53,686 nt of DNA from Candidatus Zixiibacteriota bacterium. Its GTDB lineage: Bacteria; Zixibacteria; MSB-5A5; GN15; JAAZOE01. The notes beneath the pieces were generated by a model, which was not told the origin of the DNA, did no database searches, and saw nothing but the letters and a program-made list of their open reading frames with translations. This document shows, in pieces, positions 36,839 through 45,537 of this stretch; the first letter of the stretch is position 1, and every line of letters begins with the position of its first letter. The position numbers and the translations under genes were made by a program. The stretch is taken from contig JBDREQ010000010.1 in assembly GCA_043819555.1 (NCBI GenBank), forward strand, positions 1 through 53,686. The letters run 5' to 3'.

Positions 36839-38135
36839 TCCAAAAGAACTGAAAATTTTTGTTCAATCATTTCTCGATCGGCGCGATGATTTCCTCCTGT
36901 TGGCTGAAAAAGAAGGCTGCCCCCTGTATGCTATTGATCGGGATGGGCTCATAGACAAGTCTAAACGATTCCGGAACGCCTTTGCTGAAGCCTTTCCAGC
37001 TATCCGCGTTTATTACGCCCTCAAGAGTAACAATCATCCGCTTATTGCATCAACTTTGGTAAAAGAAGGTCTGGGGCTTGATGTTTCAAGCGGCCTCGAG
37101 TTGAAGCTCGCCCTTGAATGCGACTCCCGGGATATTATCTTCAGCGGACCCGGCAAACAGCCCGACGAACTCAGGCTTGCCATTGAAAATTCCAATCGTG
37201 TGACAGTTTTATTGGATAGTTTCAGAGATTTGGCCAAATTGGAGAGTACTGCCAGCCAGTCCGAAACCAGGATGCGTGCCGGTGTGCGGCTTACTACTGA
37301 CGAAACCAGCATATGGAAGAAATTCGGGATACCCCTAAATCGGCTGAAACAATTTTTCGAAGAGGCGCGGGAATGCAAGTGGGTTGATCTTTGCGGTTTG
37401 CAGTTTCATATTAGCTGGAATCTCTCCCCGAAATCGCAGGTTATTTTTATTGCCGACCTGGGGACCGAATTGCGGAGACTGGATAAAAAATTCCGAGAGA
37501 AAATTAAATTTATTGATATTGGCGGCGGCTTTTGGCCCGAAGAAGGTGAATGGCTGCAGCCGGCGGCCACTCCGCGGGGAATTCTCCAGAAGGCTTTATC
37601 GGATAATACAATTAATGGCCTGGAGCATTATAAATATTCAGCCAGCTCCATTGGTGATTTTGCCGAGCAAATTTCCGCATCATTGGGAAATAATTTGCCC
37701 GAAGATATTAACTGCACTATCTGTTTCGAACCGGGACGCTGGTTATGTAACAATGCCATGCATATTCTTGTCAAGGTTGTCGACGTTAAATCTCATGATA
37801 TAGTAATAACCGATGGCGGAACTAATGCCGTCGGCTGGGAACGATTCGAATCTGACTATTTCCCCGTCATCAATCTGACTCGGCCCGGCCTGAAGGAACA
37901 TGAATGCCTGATTGCCGGTTCACTCTGCACGCCGCATGACCTCTGGGGCTATAGTTATTTTGGCGATAAAATTGACGAGGGCGATATTCTATTAATTCCC
38001 AATCAGGGCGCCTACACATACAGCCTCAAACAGGAATTCATTAAACCGCCGCCCAAATGCGCCTTACTCGCAACCGAGATTTTAGTCACTGAGTCAAAAA
38101 AACTAATGGCAAAGCAGTTTAACAGTCGGGAGTAA
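36768..38135 (+). CDS. PLP-dependent fold-III decarboxylase (LysA/ornithine decarboxylase-like)
   Basis: YYALKSN; DVSSGLE; SGPGK; KFG; DIGGGF; FEPGR; GSLCTPHD; GAYT. ATG 36768 follows GGAG. Confidence 0.9.
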   Translation: MTRSSYGLIMRFAELLKRQIPRLDPKELKIFVQSFLDRRDDFLLLAEKEGCPLYAIDRDGLIDKSKRFRNAFAEAFPAIRVYYALKSNNHPLIASTLVKEGLGLDVSSGLELKLALECDSRDIIFSGPGKQPDELRLAIENSNRVTVLLDSFRDLAKLESTASQSETRMRAGVRLTTDETSIWKKFGIPLNRLKQFFEEARECKWVDLCGLQFHISWNLSPKSQVIFIADLGTELRRLDKKFREKIKFIDIGGGFWPEEGEWLQPAATPRGILQKALSDNTINGLEHYKYSASSIGDFAEQISASLGNNLPEDINCTICFEPGRWLCNNAMHILVKVVDVKSHDIVITDGGTNAVGWERFESDYFPVINLTRPGLKEHECLIAGSLCTPHDLWGYSYFGDKIDEGDILLIPNQGAYTYSLKQEFIKPPPKCALLATEILVTESKKLMAKQFNSRE

Positions 38136-38139
38136 ACGC

Positions 38140-39561
38140 GTGAAGGCCGGTGCAAGTCAAATCAATGATAGGGCGGAATTCAGCTCGGGACTATTTGACG
38201 GGAAATCACGTAACGGGTCGTCTGTGCTTATCTGGGAAGGCGCCTACTCAAACATATTCATTATTCTAACAGGCGGAGCATTTCTCACTGGCATGGCTCT
38301 ATTTCTCGGGGCCAATGATTTTGAAATAGGCGTTTTGGCAGCTGCGCCGTTTTTAATGCAGAGCGCTCAACTAATATCGCCGTTTCTATTCAAAGATATC
38401 GATGCATCAAGAAAAAATATTGTTTTGACGCTTGGAATAAGCAGGCTTTTGTGGTTGGCCGTTGTACCTTTAATGTTTCTAACGGGCTTATGGAGATTGC
38501 CGATTCTCATAGGCATCGTCGTCTTATCGGGACTATTGACAATGGTTACGGCCCCAGCATGGTTATCGATAATGGCCGATCTTGTTTCTCAAAAAATGAG
38601 GGGCAGATTTTTCAGTCGCAGAAATGCTTATGTCGCGGCGACAACAGTTGTAGCAACGGTATTGGCAAGTTTGATTCTTGACTGGTCCCGTAGCAGAAAC
38701 CTCGAAGCTTTTGGATTTACTATAATTGTATTTTTTGCGGTTATCGGAGCATTGTTGGCCTGGCGGGCAATGAAAAATATTCCGGCAAATTCGAGCCTTA
38801 GGGAAAAATCTGTTGCGCCGATGCCATACTTTCTTGCTCCATTGCGTGACCAGAGATTTCGTAAGGTTTTAATCGTTTTTGCGGTATGGAATATGGCTGT
38901 AGGCTTATCAGCGGCATTTTTCGCGCCGCATATGCTTATCAACCTGAAAATGAGTTTTTTCCAAATAGGTCTTTATAGCTGCGCGGCCGCTCTAATTGCC
39001 GTTGCCTCCAGTTCTCTTTGGGGACGCTATATTGACCGCTTCGGCTCCAAGACGATTCTTAATATTTGCGCCTTTGGCATTTCGTTAATACCTCTTATCT
39101 GGCTATTACCTCATGAAAATTCAATATGGATATTAATACCGGAGGTGGCATATTCGAGATTACTCTGGGCTGGTTTTAACGTAGCCGCGTTTACTCTTCC
39201 GCTGGATAAAAGTCCCCGCATAGATCGCACTGTCTATTTGTCGGTTTTTGCCGCCATAACGGGATTGGCGTTTTTCGCGGCTTCAATTCTGGCTGGATTG
39301 GCGGCAGAAGCTTTTACCGGCTGGACTCATGCAATCGGCAGTTATACGTTCGTCAATTACCATCTGCTTTTTGTTGGTTCTGCGATCCTTCGTTTTTTGA
39401 CGGCAGTCTTGATTGCGTCGTATCATGAACCAGCCGAAATGCGCCTGCCTGCTGTTATCCAACTCATGGGTTATGCTGTACTAAAAAGAATGTCAATTGG
39501 GCGGCAGATATTCCCATTCACTGCTTATGCGGACGAACCGGACAAAAATAATGAAATCTGA
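38140..39561 (+). CDS. MFS transporter
   Basis: About 12 TM segments; WLSIMADLVSQKMRGRFFSRR; WGRYIDRFGSK. Confidence 0.9.
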   Translation: MKAGASQINDRAEFSSGLFDGKSRNGSSVLIWEGAYSNIFIILTGGAFLTGMALFLGANDFEIGVLAAAPFLMQSAQLISPFLFKDIDASRKNIVLTLGISRLLWLAVVPLMFLTGLWRLPILIGIVVLSGLLTMVTAPAWLSIMADLVSQKMRGRFFSRRNAYVAATTVVATVLASLILDWSRSRNLEAFGFTIIVFFAVIGALLAWRAMKNIPANSSLREKSVAPMPYFLAPLRDQRFRKVLIVFAVWNMAVGLSAAFFAPHMLINLKMSFFQIGLYSCAAALIAVASSSLWGRYIDRFGSKTILNICAFGISLIPLIWLLPHENSIWILIPEVAYSRLLWAGFNVAAFTLPLDKSPRIDRTVYLSVFAAITGLAFFAASILAGLAAEAFTGWTHAIGSYTFVNYHLLFVGSAILRFLTAVLIASYHEPAEMRLPAVIQLMGYAVLKRMSIGRQIFPFTAYADEPDKNNEI

Positions 39562-39728
39562 TAGATGGTTTTTCAATTTGAACTTAATGCGAAAGGACTT
39601 TTTGAAGATTTGGTATAGCGGTAATAAGCGCGGAATTGAATGTCAGGTTGCGAAAAGGCTGTTAAAACCCCGCGTCAGTGCAGTAAATTTGATTCTGTGA
39701 GTTTTGAAACTCACAAGGAGTATGTGTC

Positions 39729-40790
39729 GTGGCAACAAAAATGAAGGTATTTGTCATGAATGGGATTGGTAAGGTTGGTTTTAGCGAAAAGCCGATTCCC
39801 AAACCGGGTCCCAACGATGCTATAATCAAAACAACGCATGCGTTAGTTTGCACCTCTGACGTGCACACGGTTAATGGCGCCATAGGTGATCGTAAGAATC
39901 TGACTCTTGGGCATGAAGCGGTTGGTGTCATTCATGAATTGGGCAAAGCCGTTACCGAGTTTAAGGTCGGTGACCGTGTTGCGGTTAACGCCATTACCCC
40001 CTGCTATAAGTGTGAAAACTGTCTTCGCGGATATACGTCACAATGTACCCAGATGCTGGGCGGCTGGAAATTTGCCAACATAAAAGACGGTGTCTTTGCC
40101 GAGTATTTTAATGTAAATGATGCCGAAGCCAACCTTGCCGTGATCCCCGACGACGTAAGTGAAGAAGCGGCCGTTTACACGACCGATATGATGTCAACTG
40201 GCTTTATTGGAGCTGAACATGCCAATATTCCCTTGGGAGGTTCGGTGGCGGTGTTCGCTCAGGGGCCGGTTGGATTAATGGCCACCGTTGGGGCAAGGTT
40301 GCTCGGTGCCGGGTTAGTTATCGGTGTGGAATCGGTGCCCAATCGCAAAAAACTGGCCAAACATTTTGGCGCCGATCTGGTCGTTGACTTTAAAAAGGTT
40401 GATCCGGTTGAAGAAATCAAAAAATTAACCGGGGGACAGGGGGTCGATTCGGCGATTGAGTGCCTTGGAGGTCAATCCACATTCGAGGCTTGTGTCAAAG
40501 TTACCCGTCCCGGCGGTACGATTTCGATTACCGGATATTTTGGTGAAGGGGATTTCGTCAACATCCCGCGCCTCGACTGGGGAGTAGGTATGAGCGATAA
40601 GACGATTCGAACCGGACTATGTCCGGGTGGTCGTGAGCGTATGAAGCGGCTCATGCGACTTATTCAGATGCGGCGAGTTGATCCGACACCGATGACAACG
40701 CATCGATTCAAATTCAAAGAAGTAGACAAAGCATTTCAATTGATGGCAACCAAAGAGGACAATATAGTTAAACCTTTAATAACGTTTTAG
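39729..40790 (+). CDS. Zn-dependent alcohol dehydrogenase (secondary-ADH-like)
   Basis: CTSDVHT; GHEAVG; CYKCENC..C structural Zn; AQGPVG; LCPGGRERM. Confidence 0.93.
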   Translation: MATKMKVFVMNGIGKVGFSEKPIPKPGPNDAIIKTTHALVCTSDVHTVNGAIGDRKNLTLGHEAVGVIHELGKAVTEFKVGDRVAVNAITPCYKCENCLRGYTSQCTQMLGGWKFANIKDGVFAEYFNVNDAEANLAVIPDDVSEEAAVYTTDMMSTGFIGAEHANIPLGGSVAVFAQGPVGLMATVGARLLGAGLVIGVESVPNRKKLAKHFGADLVVDFKKVDPVEEIKKLTGGQGVDSAIECLGGQSTFEACVKVTRPGGTISITGYFGEGDFVNIPRLDWGVGMSDKTIRTGLCPGGRERMKRLMRLIQMRRVDPTPMTTHRFKFKEVDKAFQLMATKEDNIVKPLITF

Positions 40791-40844
40791 AAAAAAGGTT
40801 TAAGATCGCATAATCATTTTTTTGTTCTGAAAGGATTTTTCCAA

Positions 40845-41060
40845 ATGGGACGCTCCAAAAAATCAAGACAGTGCCCGCGCTGTGCGAGCAAGGATGTAAT
40901 TCTCCAGGATACTTACGTCGATGGAGTTAATCTTTATGTGTGTGCTGATTGCGATTATGAATTTGAAGTGGGCGGATATCGATCAAAGAATCGGGGCCGT
41001 GAGTTCGATCAGGATGATTATTCCGATTTCCCATCAATGAACAATGATTGGGATGGATAG
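40845..41060 (+). CDS. Small Zn-ribbon protein with acidic tail (LysW-like?)
   Basis: CPRC..CADC; ends NNDWDG; preceded by AAGGA. Confidence 0.7.
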   Translation: MGRSKKSRQCPRCASKDVILQDTYVDGVNLYVCADCDYEFEVGGYRSKNRGREFDQDDYSDFPSMNNDWDG

Positions 41061-41114
41061 CCCAGGTTATCGTCGATGAATGGAATCTTCCGGGATACCG
41101 CGAAGGACTAGTAA

Positions 41115-41765
41115 ATGAATAAAATTAAGCCGGGGAGAAAAATTCCCGGCAGAGTTGATCCGTGCCGTATCGTAGCCAGGCTAAAAAATTCAGGGACTCT
41201 GGTTAATCTGGCGGGCAATTATGATTACCTGAGCAGCGGTTACTATTTATCCCAGGACCGCGAAAACAGCGGACATATTATCCGGCCGACGTGCAAAGAA
41301 ATGCTTGATGCTTATGTGCCGCCGCTATTCCTTGAAAAAGCCAGGCTGGCGGGCATTCTTGTTCCGGAATATTATATTAGCAACGGGTATTTTGAGTCGC
41401 CGGTGATTGTCGATCCGATTAATCCCTTTACCCTCAAAGGTAGAGTCATCCTTAAGTCCGGGAAAGCAAGGACCATAGCCAAATCTCTGACGCGCAATTA
41501 CACTTATGCGATTTGCTGTCAGGAAATCCCAGCATGCGGAAAAATAAAATACTTCCGATCGGTATTGGGATGGTCGGTTTCTCCTAAGTATCGGGAACTT
41601 TCTAATATTGTCTGGGAGGTATTTGACATTCCACTGGCCAGAGTCAGAGTAATTTGTACTGCCAACGGCGAATGTCTGCTGAGTGATATCTCTCCTCTAT
41701 TCATTGAAGATCTCGGTGTTCGTGAAATCCGTTATGTACAGGAGCATGTCTCGTGGGACAATTAG
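41115..41765 (+). CDS. RimK-like ATP-grasp N-terminal (RLAN) domain protein
   Basis: LVNLAGNYDYLSSGYYLS..GHIIRPT matches the RLAN pattern. Confidence 0.8.
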   Translation: MNKIKPGRKIPGRVDPCRIVARLKNSGTLVNLAGNYDYLSSGYYLSQDRENSGHIIRPTCKEMLDAYVPPLFLEKARLAGILVPEYYISNGYFESPVIVDPINPFTLKGRVILKSGKARTIAKSLTRNYTYAICCQEIPACGKIKYFRSVLGWSVSPKYRELSNIVWEVFDIPLARVRVICTANGECLLSDISPLFIEDLGVREIRYVQEHVSWDN

Positions 41766-42631
41766 GCATGTACGTTGAGCGATATACGATTTCAAGTTCG
41801 GATGAGATGAATACTCTCATGCGATTGAGCCAGGTGGCCCGCAGAATGGGACATCGGGTGGATTTTTTGTTCCGTCCGGACATGTACAAGATTCGGGAAT
41901 ATGATGCAATTTTCATCCGTGCTCTGACTGATCCATTGAACTCGGCCTATGTGGCGGCTCGCACGGCCGAAATGAACGGTATCAAAGTAATCGACGACCC
42001 CGACTCAATTAGAATCTGCTGTGATAAAGTTAATATGTATCAGCGCCTGATAAACAGCGGAATTCCAATACCGGAAACACGAATAATTAACCGTACGGAA
42101 GTCAATTCCACTATGGCCGGGAAACTATTCAGTGATCTTGGCCGTCCGGTTGTGATCAAGGCTCCTAACAGCAGTTTTTCGCGAAACGTTGAAAAGGCTT
42201 CGACAATCGAAGAGTTTGCGCCCATCGCGCGCCGTTTTCTCCGGCGTGCGGATCGAGTCGTCGTACAGCAGTTTATTCAGTCTTCTTTTGATTGGAGAGT
42301 TGGCGTGCTTGACGGAGAACCGCTATATGTCTGCCAGTACACGATCCCGAAAAAACGCTGGAAAATCCTAACCTATACACCCGACGGGAAAACTGTTCAT
42401 GGCCCGGTCAAAGGAATTCCTTTGCACAAAGCTCCCGCCAGGCTGATCAAATGCGCGCTCAAAGCGGCCAATTCAATCGGAAACGGTCTTTATGGTGTTG
42501 ATTTGAAGCAGACTGATAAAGGATATGTCATAATCGAGGTCAACGACAATCCAACCATTAACGCCGGAGAGGAAGATAGAGTGAACGGTGAATTGTACGA
42601 ACGCCTGATCCGCTATCTATTCTCGCAGTGA
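41753..42631 (+). CDS. RimK/LysX-family ATP-grasp ligase
   Basis: IDDPDSIRICCDK; VVIKAPNSSFS; FDWRVGVL; YGVDLK..IEVNDNP. Confidence 0.9.
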   Translation: MGQLGMYVERYTISSSDEMNTLMRLSQVARRMGHRVDFLFRPDMYKIREYDAIFIRALTDPLNSAYVAARTAEMNGIKVIDDPDSIRICCDKVNMYQRLINSGIPIPETRIINRTEVNSTMAGKLFSDLGRPVVIKAPNSSFSRNVEKASTIEEFAPIARRFLRRADRVVVQQFIQSSFDWRVGVLDGEPLYVCQYTIPKKRWKILTYTPDGKTVHGPVKGIPLHKAPARLIKCALKAANSIGNGLYGVDLKQTDKGYVIIEVNDNPTINAGEEDRVNGELYERLIRYLFSQ

Positions 42632-42637
42632 AATAAA

Positions 42638-43759
42638 ATGAGAAAAAAATACCGTATCAGATTGGCGACCGAGCACGATTTGAATGTGTTGGTTAGACTC
42701 GAAGAAGTAGCCTTCGAAACGGATCGCTTTACCAAAGACCAAATCGATTATTTCCTGACCGAATCCCGGGCTACGAATTTAATCATTGAAACGGGAAACA
42801 AGATTGCGGGAGCGGCCTGCGTTCTCTGGCGTCGGTCATATCAGGGAGCGAGGCTCTATAATATTGCCGTTGATCCCGCGTTTCAGGGGCAGGGGTTGGG
42901 CGATAAATTGCTCAATGAATGCGAAGTTGAGGCCGTCCGACGGGATTGTAACAAGATGGTACTTGAAGTGCGCGAGGACAATCACGGCGCCATCAAATTC
43001 TATGAAAAAAGGGGATATATTATCCTGCGGTCAATGCCTGACTATTATCAGGACGGAACCCCCGGCCTGAAAATGGCAAAAATGCTTCAAATGGATATTC
43101 CTAATAAACAAAAACTCAATGTGCCCTATTATCCTCAAACGCTTGATTTTACATGCGGCCCGGCGTGCCTGCTGATGGCGTTGAAATACTTCAACCCCAA
43201 CACAGAATTGACACGAGCTTTGGAAATGACGCTCTGGAAAGAAGCGACTTTGATTTTCATGGCGTCCGGTTTCGGGGGCACCGATGGATATGGACTGGCG
43301 CTATCGGCCCTAAATCGCGGTCTGTCCTGCCATTTAGTTATGTCAATGGATTCGACGCCTCTTCTAAAATCAGTTCGAACACCCAAAAAGCGGGAAGTCA
43401 TGAAAATCGTTCATAGCGACCTGAAGCGAAAAGCCAGAAAGGCCGGGCTGGGGAGCGCATTTTACGAATTCGGAATGGAAGAGATTATTTCTGCATTGTA
43501 TCGAAATATGGTGCCAATAGTTATGATCAGTACCTATCGGCTAACGGGTGATCGCGTGCCCCACTGGGTCGTTGTCACCGGATGTGACAAAGAAAATATC
43601 TTTATTCACGATCCCGATGTAGCATCCTATAAGAAAAATCGTTCTCGAGCCCGTCATCTGCGCATCGAAAAATCAGAATTTCTTCGCATGTCACGCTATG
43701 GGAAAGAAGTCTATCGTTGTCTTTTGCTTCTGGAAAACAGTAAAAAACTTATCAAATGA
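42638..43759 (+). CDS. RimI-like GNAT fused to peptidase C39-like (DUF3335-type) domain
   Basis: AVDPAFQGQGLG..LEVREDN..FYEKRGY; YYPQTLDFTCGPACL; PHWVVVTG; IHDP. Confidence 0.9.
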   Translation: MRKKYRIRLATEHDLNVLVRLEEVAFETDRFTKDQIDYFLTESRATNLIIETGNKIAGAACVLWRRSYQGARLYNIAVDPAFQGQGLGDKLLNECEVEAVRRDCNKMVLEVREDNHGAIKFYEKRGYIILRSMPDYYQDGTPGLKMAKMLQMDIPNKQKLNVPYYPQTLDFTCGPACLLMALKYFNPNTELTRALEMTLWKEATLIFMASGFGGTDGYGLALSALNRGLSCHLVMSMDSTPLLKSVRTPKKREVMKIVHSDLKRKARKAGLGSAFYEFGMEEIISALYRNMVPIVMISTYRLTGDRVPHWVVVTGCDKENIFIHDPDVASYKKNRSRARHLRIEKSEFLRMSRYGKEVYRCLLLLENSKKLIK

Positions 43760-44283
43760 ATATTTAATATGGTTTGTATCAAACCACCCATAATCAAAAA
43801 CGTGCTTTCTGTAAAGACATATTTTACAAATACCGGGGAATTTTATAACTTCTTTGTAAATAATATAAAATGCTCTCCCAACTGGACGTTATTAGAACTT
43901 TTGGACCTGTTATAGAATATATTCGAAGAGTTGCATAAATCGTTAAACTCTCTACTAATTAATCTGTTGCGCCATTCTATTGTCAAACATCATCTGTATA
44001 AATACATGCCGTGCGCTTCGTTAAAATGGTGAAGGGTAGGCTGCGAATAACTAAGGGTCGGGTGTAATCTCAAACGATAAGAGGCTTTCTATTGATTCGT
44101 CTTGATGGGGTAATCCGGGATGTTGTCGGCCTTTGTTCTTAATTGTTACGCGGATTACCGAACACGCTTCACACGGTTCCATAAAAGTGTGAGACGGCGG
44201 AGCCAAGTCAAAAGTTAACAGAATCGGAATGCGTGTTCAATTATGAATGATTGGCAACCATATTGTTCAAAAATTAATACTCA

Positions 44284-44817
44284 CTACTCCCCAATTGTAA
44301 TCTCACCCTCCCAGTCGGCTGTAAGGGTTGTATTCGAAGTAAATTGACCCGTGTAAGTGCCACTCCCCTGAATATTTTTGTACTTGCCGGTCCCGCCAAT
44401 GTATGAAAATCTACCCTCGAAACTCGTGACTTTTGTTCCGCCCGCCGCAAGAGTGGTGGTGGTGATTTTGCCTTTCCATTGAGCAAATGTCGTACCGTCA
44501 TCTTTAGTGAATTCGACATACCCCTGATGAAATCCATTTCCTTGGACTATGTCAGAAAACGACGAGTTGCTTATCGTGGCTCCGGCCATAAACTCATTAT
44601 CTCCCATCTTAGCGTTAGTACCCTCATATACTTGCAGGAACATGTGATGACCCTCAGTATCTGTAATGGCAAGTGTATCAGACTTGACAATTTCCATGGT
44701 CATCTTGCCTGCGACCTTAGTCGCTGGTTCAGCATAGATACCACCCACAAATAATATGCAGACCAAACCCACAAGGCTTGATACCGCAATCAACGCATTT
44801 GATTTGTAGGTATACAT
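44284..44817 (-). CDS. Secreted beta-rich hypothetical protein
   Basis: Signal peptide; GGTGKYKNIQGSGTY motif; RBS GGAG. Confidence 0.75.
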   Translation of the reverse strand: MYTYKSNALIAVSSLVGLVCILFVGGIYAEPATKVAGKMTMEIVKSDTLAITDTEGHHMFLQVYEGTNAKMGDNEFMAGATISNSSFSDIVQGNGFHQGYVEFTKDDGTTFAQWKGKITTTTLAAGGTKVTSFEGRFSYIGGTGKYKNIQGSGTYTGQFTSNTTLTADWEGEITIGE

Positions 44818-44983
44818 AATAGACTTCTCCCTCCCTGGGTTAAATAGTGTTATATGAAAGCCTGCTATCCATAATTATTCCTAAAAATAGCATGGTTGCC
44901 ACCATATAGCCCCAGAAAATTAAAATTTTGAATGTACCTTTTGAAGATATCCCAAGAACGCAAGTTCAATATAGTAATTAAAA

Positions 44984-45078
44984 AAGATAAATCAAGAGAC
45001 ATCTGAGGCAATATGTGAAGGGCCGGCCTCACTCGACAAAGGCTGGCCCATTATCTCAAAGAGATATAAAGACTTTCT
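44984..45078. repeat. Imperfect direct repeat of ~95 bp, copy 1 (copy 2 at 45434-45529)
   Basis: TATGTGAAGGGCCGGCCTCACTCGACAAA..ATCTCAAAGAG vs TATGTGAAGGGTCGGCCTAACTCAACAAA..ATCTCAAAGAG. Confidence 0.8.
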
Positions 45079-45117
45079 GCTGCTCTCTAAAAAATTAGAA
45101 TCGCATCCGAGGTCAAT

Positions 45118-45145
45118 AAAAAACCCGCAATCCTAATGAATGCGG
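45118..45145 (-). terminator. Probable intrinsic terminator
   Basis: CCGCA/TGCGG stem plus a T run on the minus strand directly after the 45146 stop. Confidence 0.55.
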
Positions 45146-45361
45146 TCACGGAGTGGATTCGTCCCCTTTTTTCCGGGACTTTGTGAAGCCGCCGATTAAC
45201 AGGGCAACGCCCACGATAATAAGAATTAGTGGCCAACTATCTGTAAGATATGGCAACCACCCCATATTGACCATCAGAAATAATCCACCAATCCCAATCA
45301 GTATGAAACCGCCTATGAAATAGCCCTGACGCCCCTCATCTTTACTCTTGCTTTGATTCAT
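45146..45361 (-). CDS. Small two-TM protein (LiaF-TM/DUF5668-like)
   Basis: GFILIGIGGLFLMVNMG..WPLILIIVGVALL; RBS GGAGG. Confidence 0.85.
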   Translation of the reverse strand: MNQSKSKDEGRQGYFIGGFILIGIGGLFLMVNMGWLPYLTDSWPLILIIVGVALLIGGFTKSRKKGDESTP

Positions 45362-45433
45362 CCTATACCTCCTGCCAATATCGTTTTATCCAGCCAAAAG
45401 TTACCAAAAATCGATTTAGTATAGCGATAAAGA

Positions 45434-45529
45434 AGGTTAAATCAAAAACCACTAAAGGCGTTATGTGAAGGGTCGGCCTAACTCAACAAAGAGCTGTCCA
45501 TAATCTCAAAGAGAATATAGCGGCTTCCT
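45434..45529. repeat. Imperfect direct repeat of ~95 bp, copy 2
   Basis: Homologous to 44984-45078. Confidence 0.8.
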
Positions 45530-45537
45530 ATGTGAAC

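Noticed and set aside
43860..43940. Possible recombinase C-terminal/att scar (MLSQLDVIRTF)
   Set aside because: Too short, with no partner site or recombinase body to support it.
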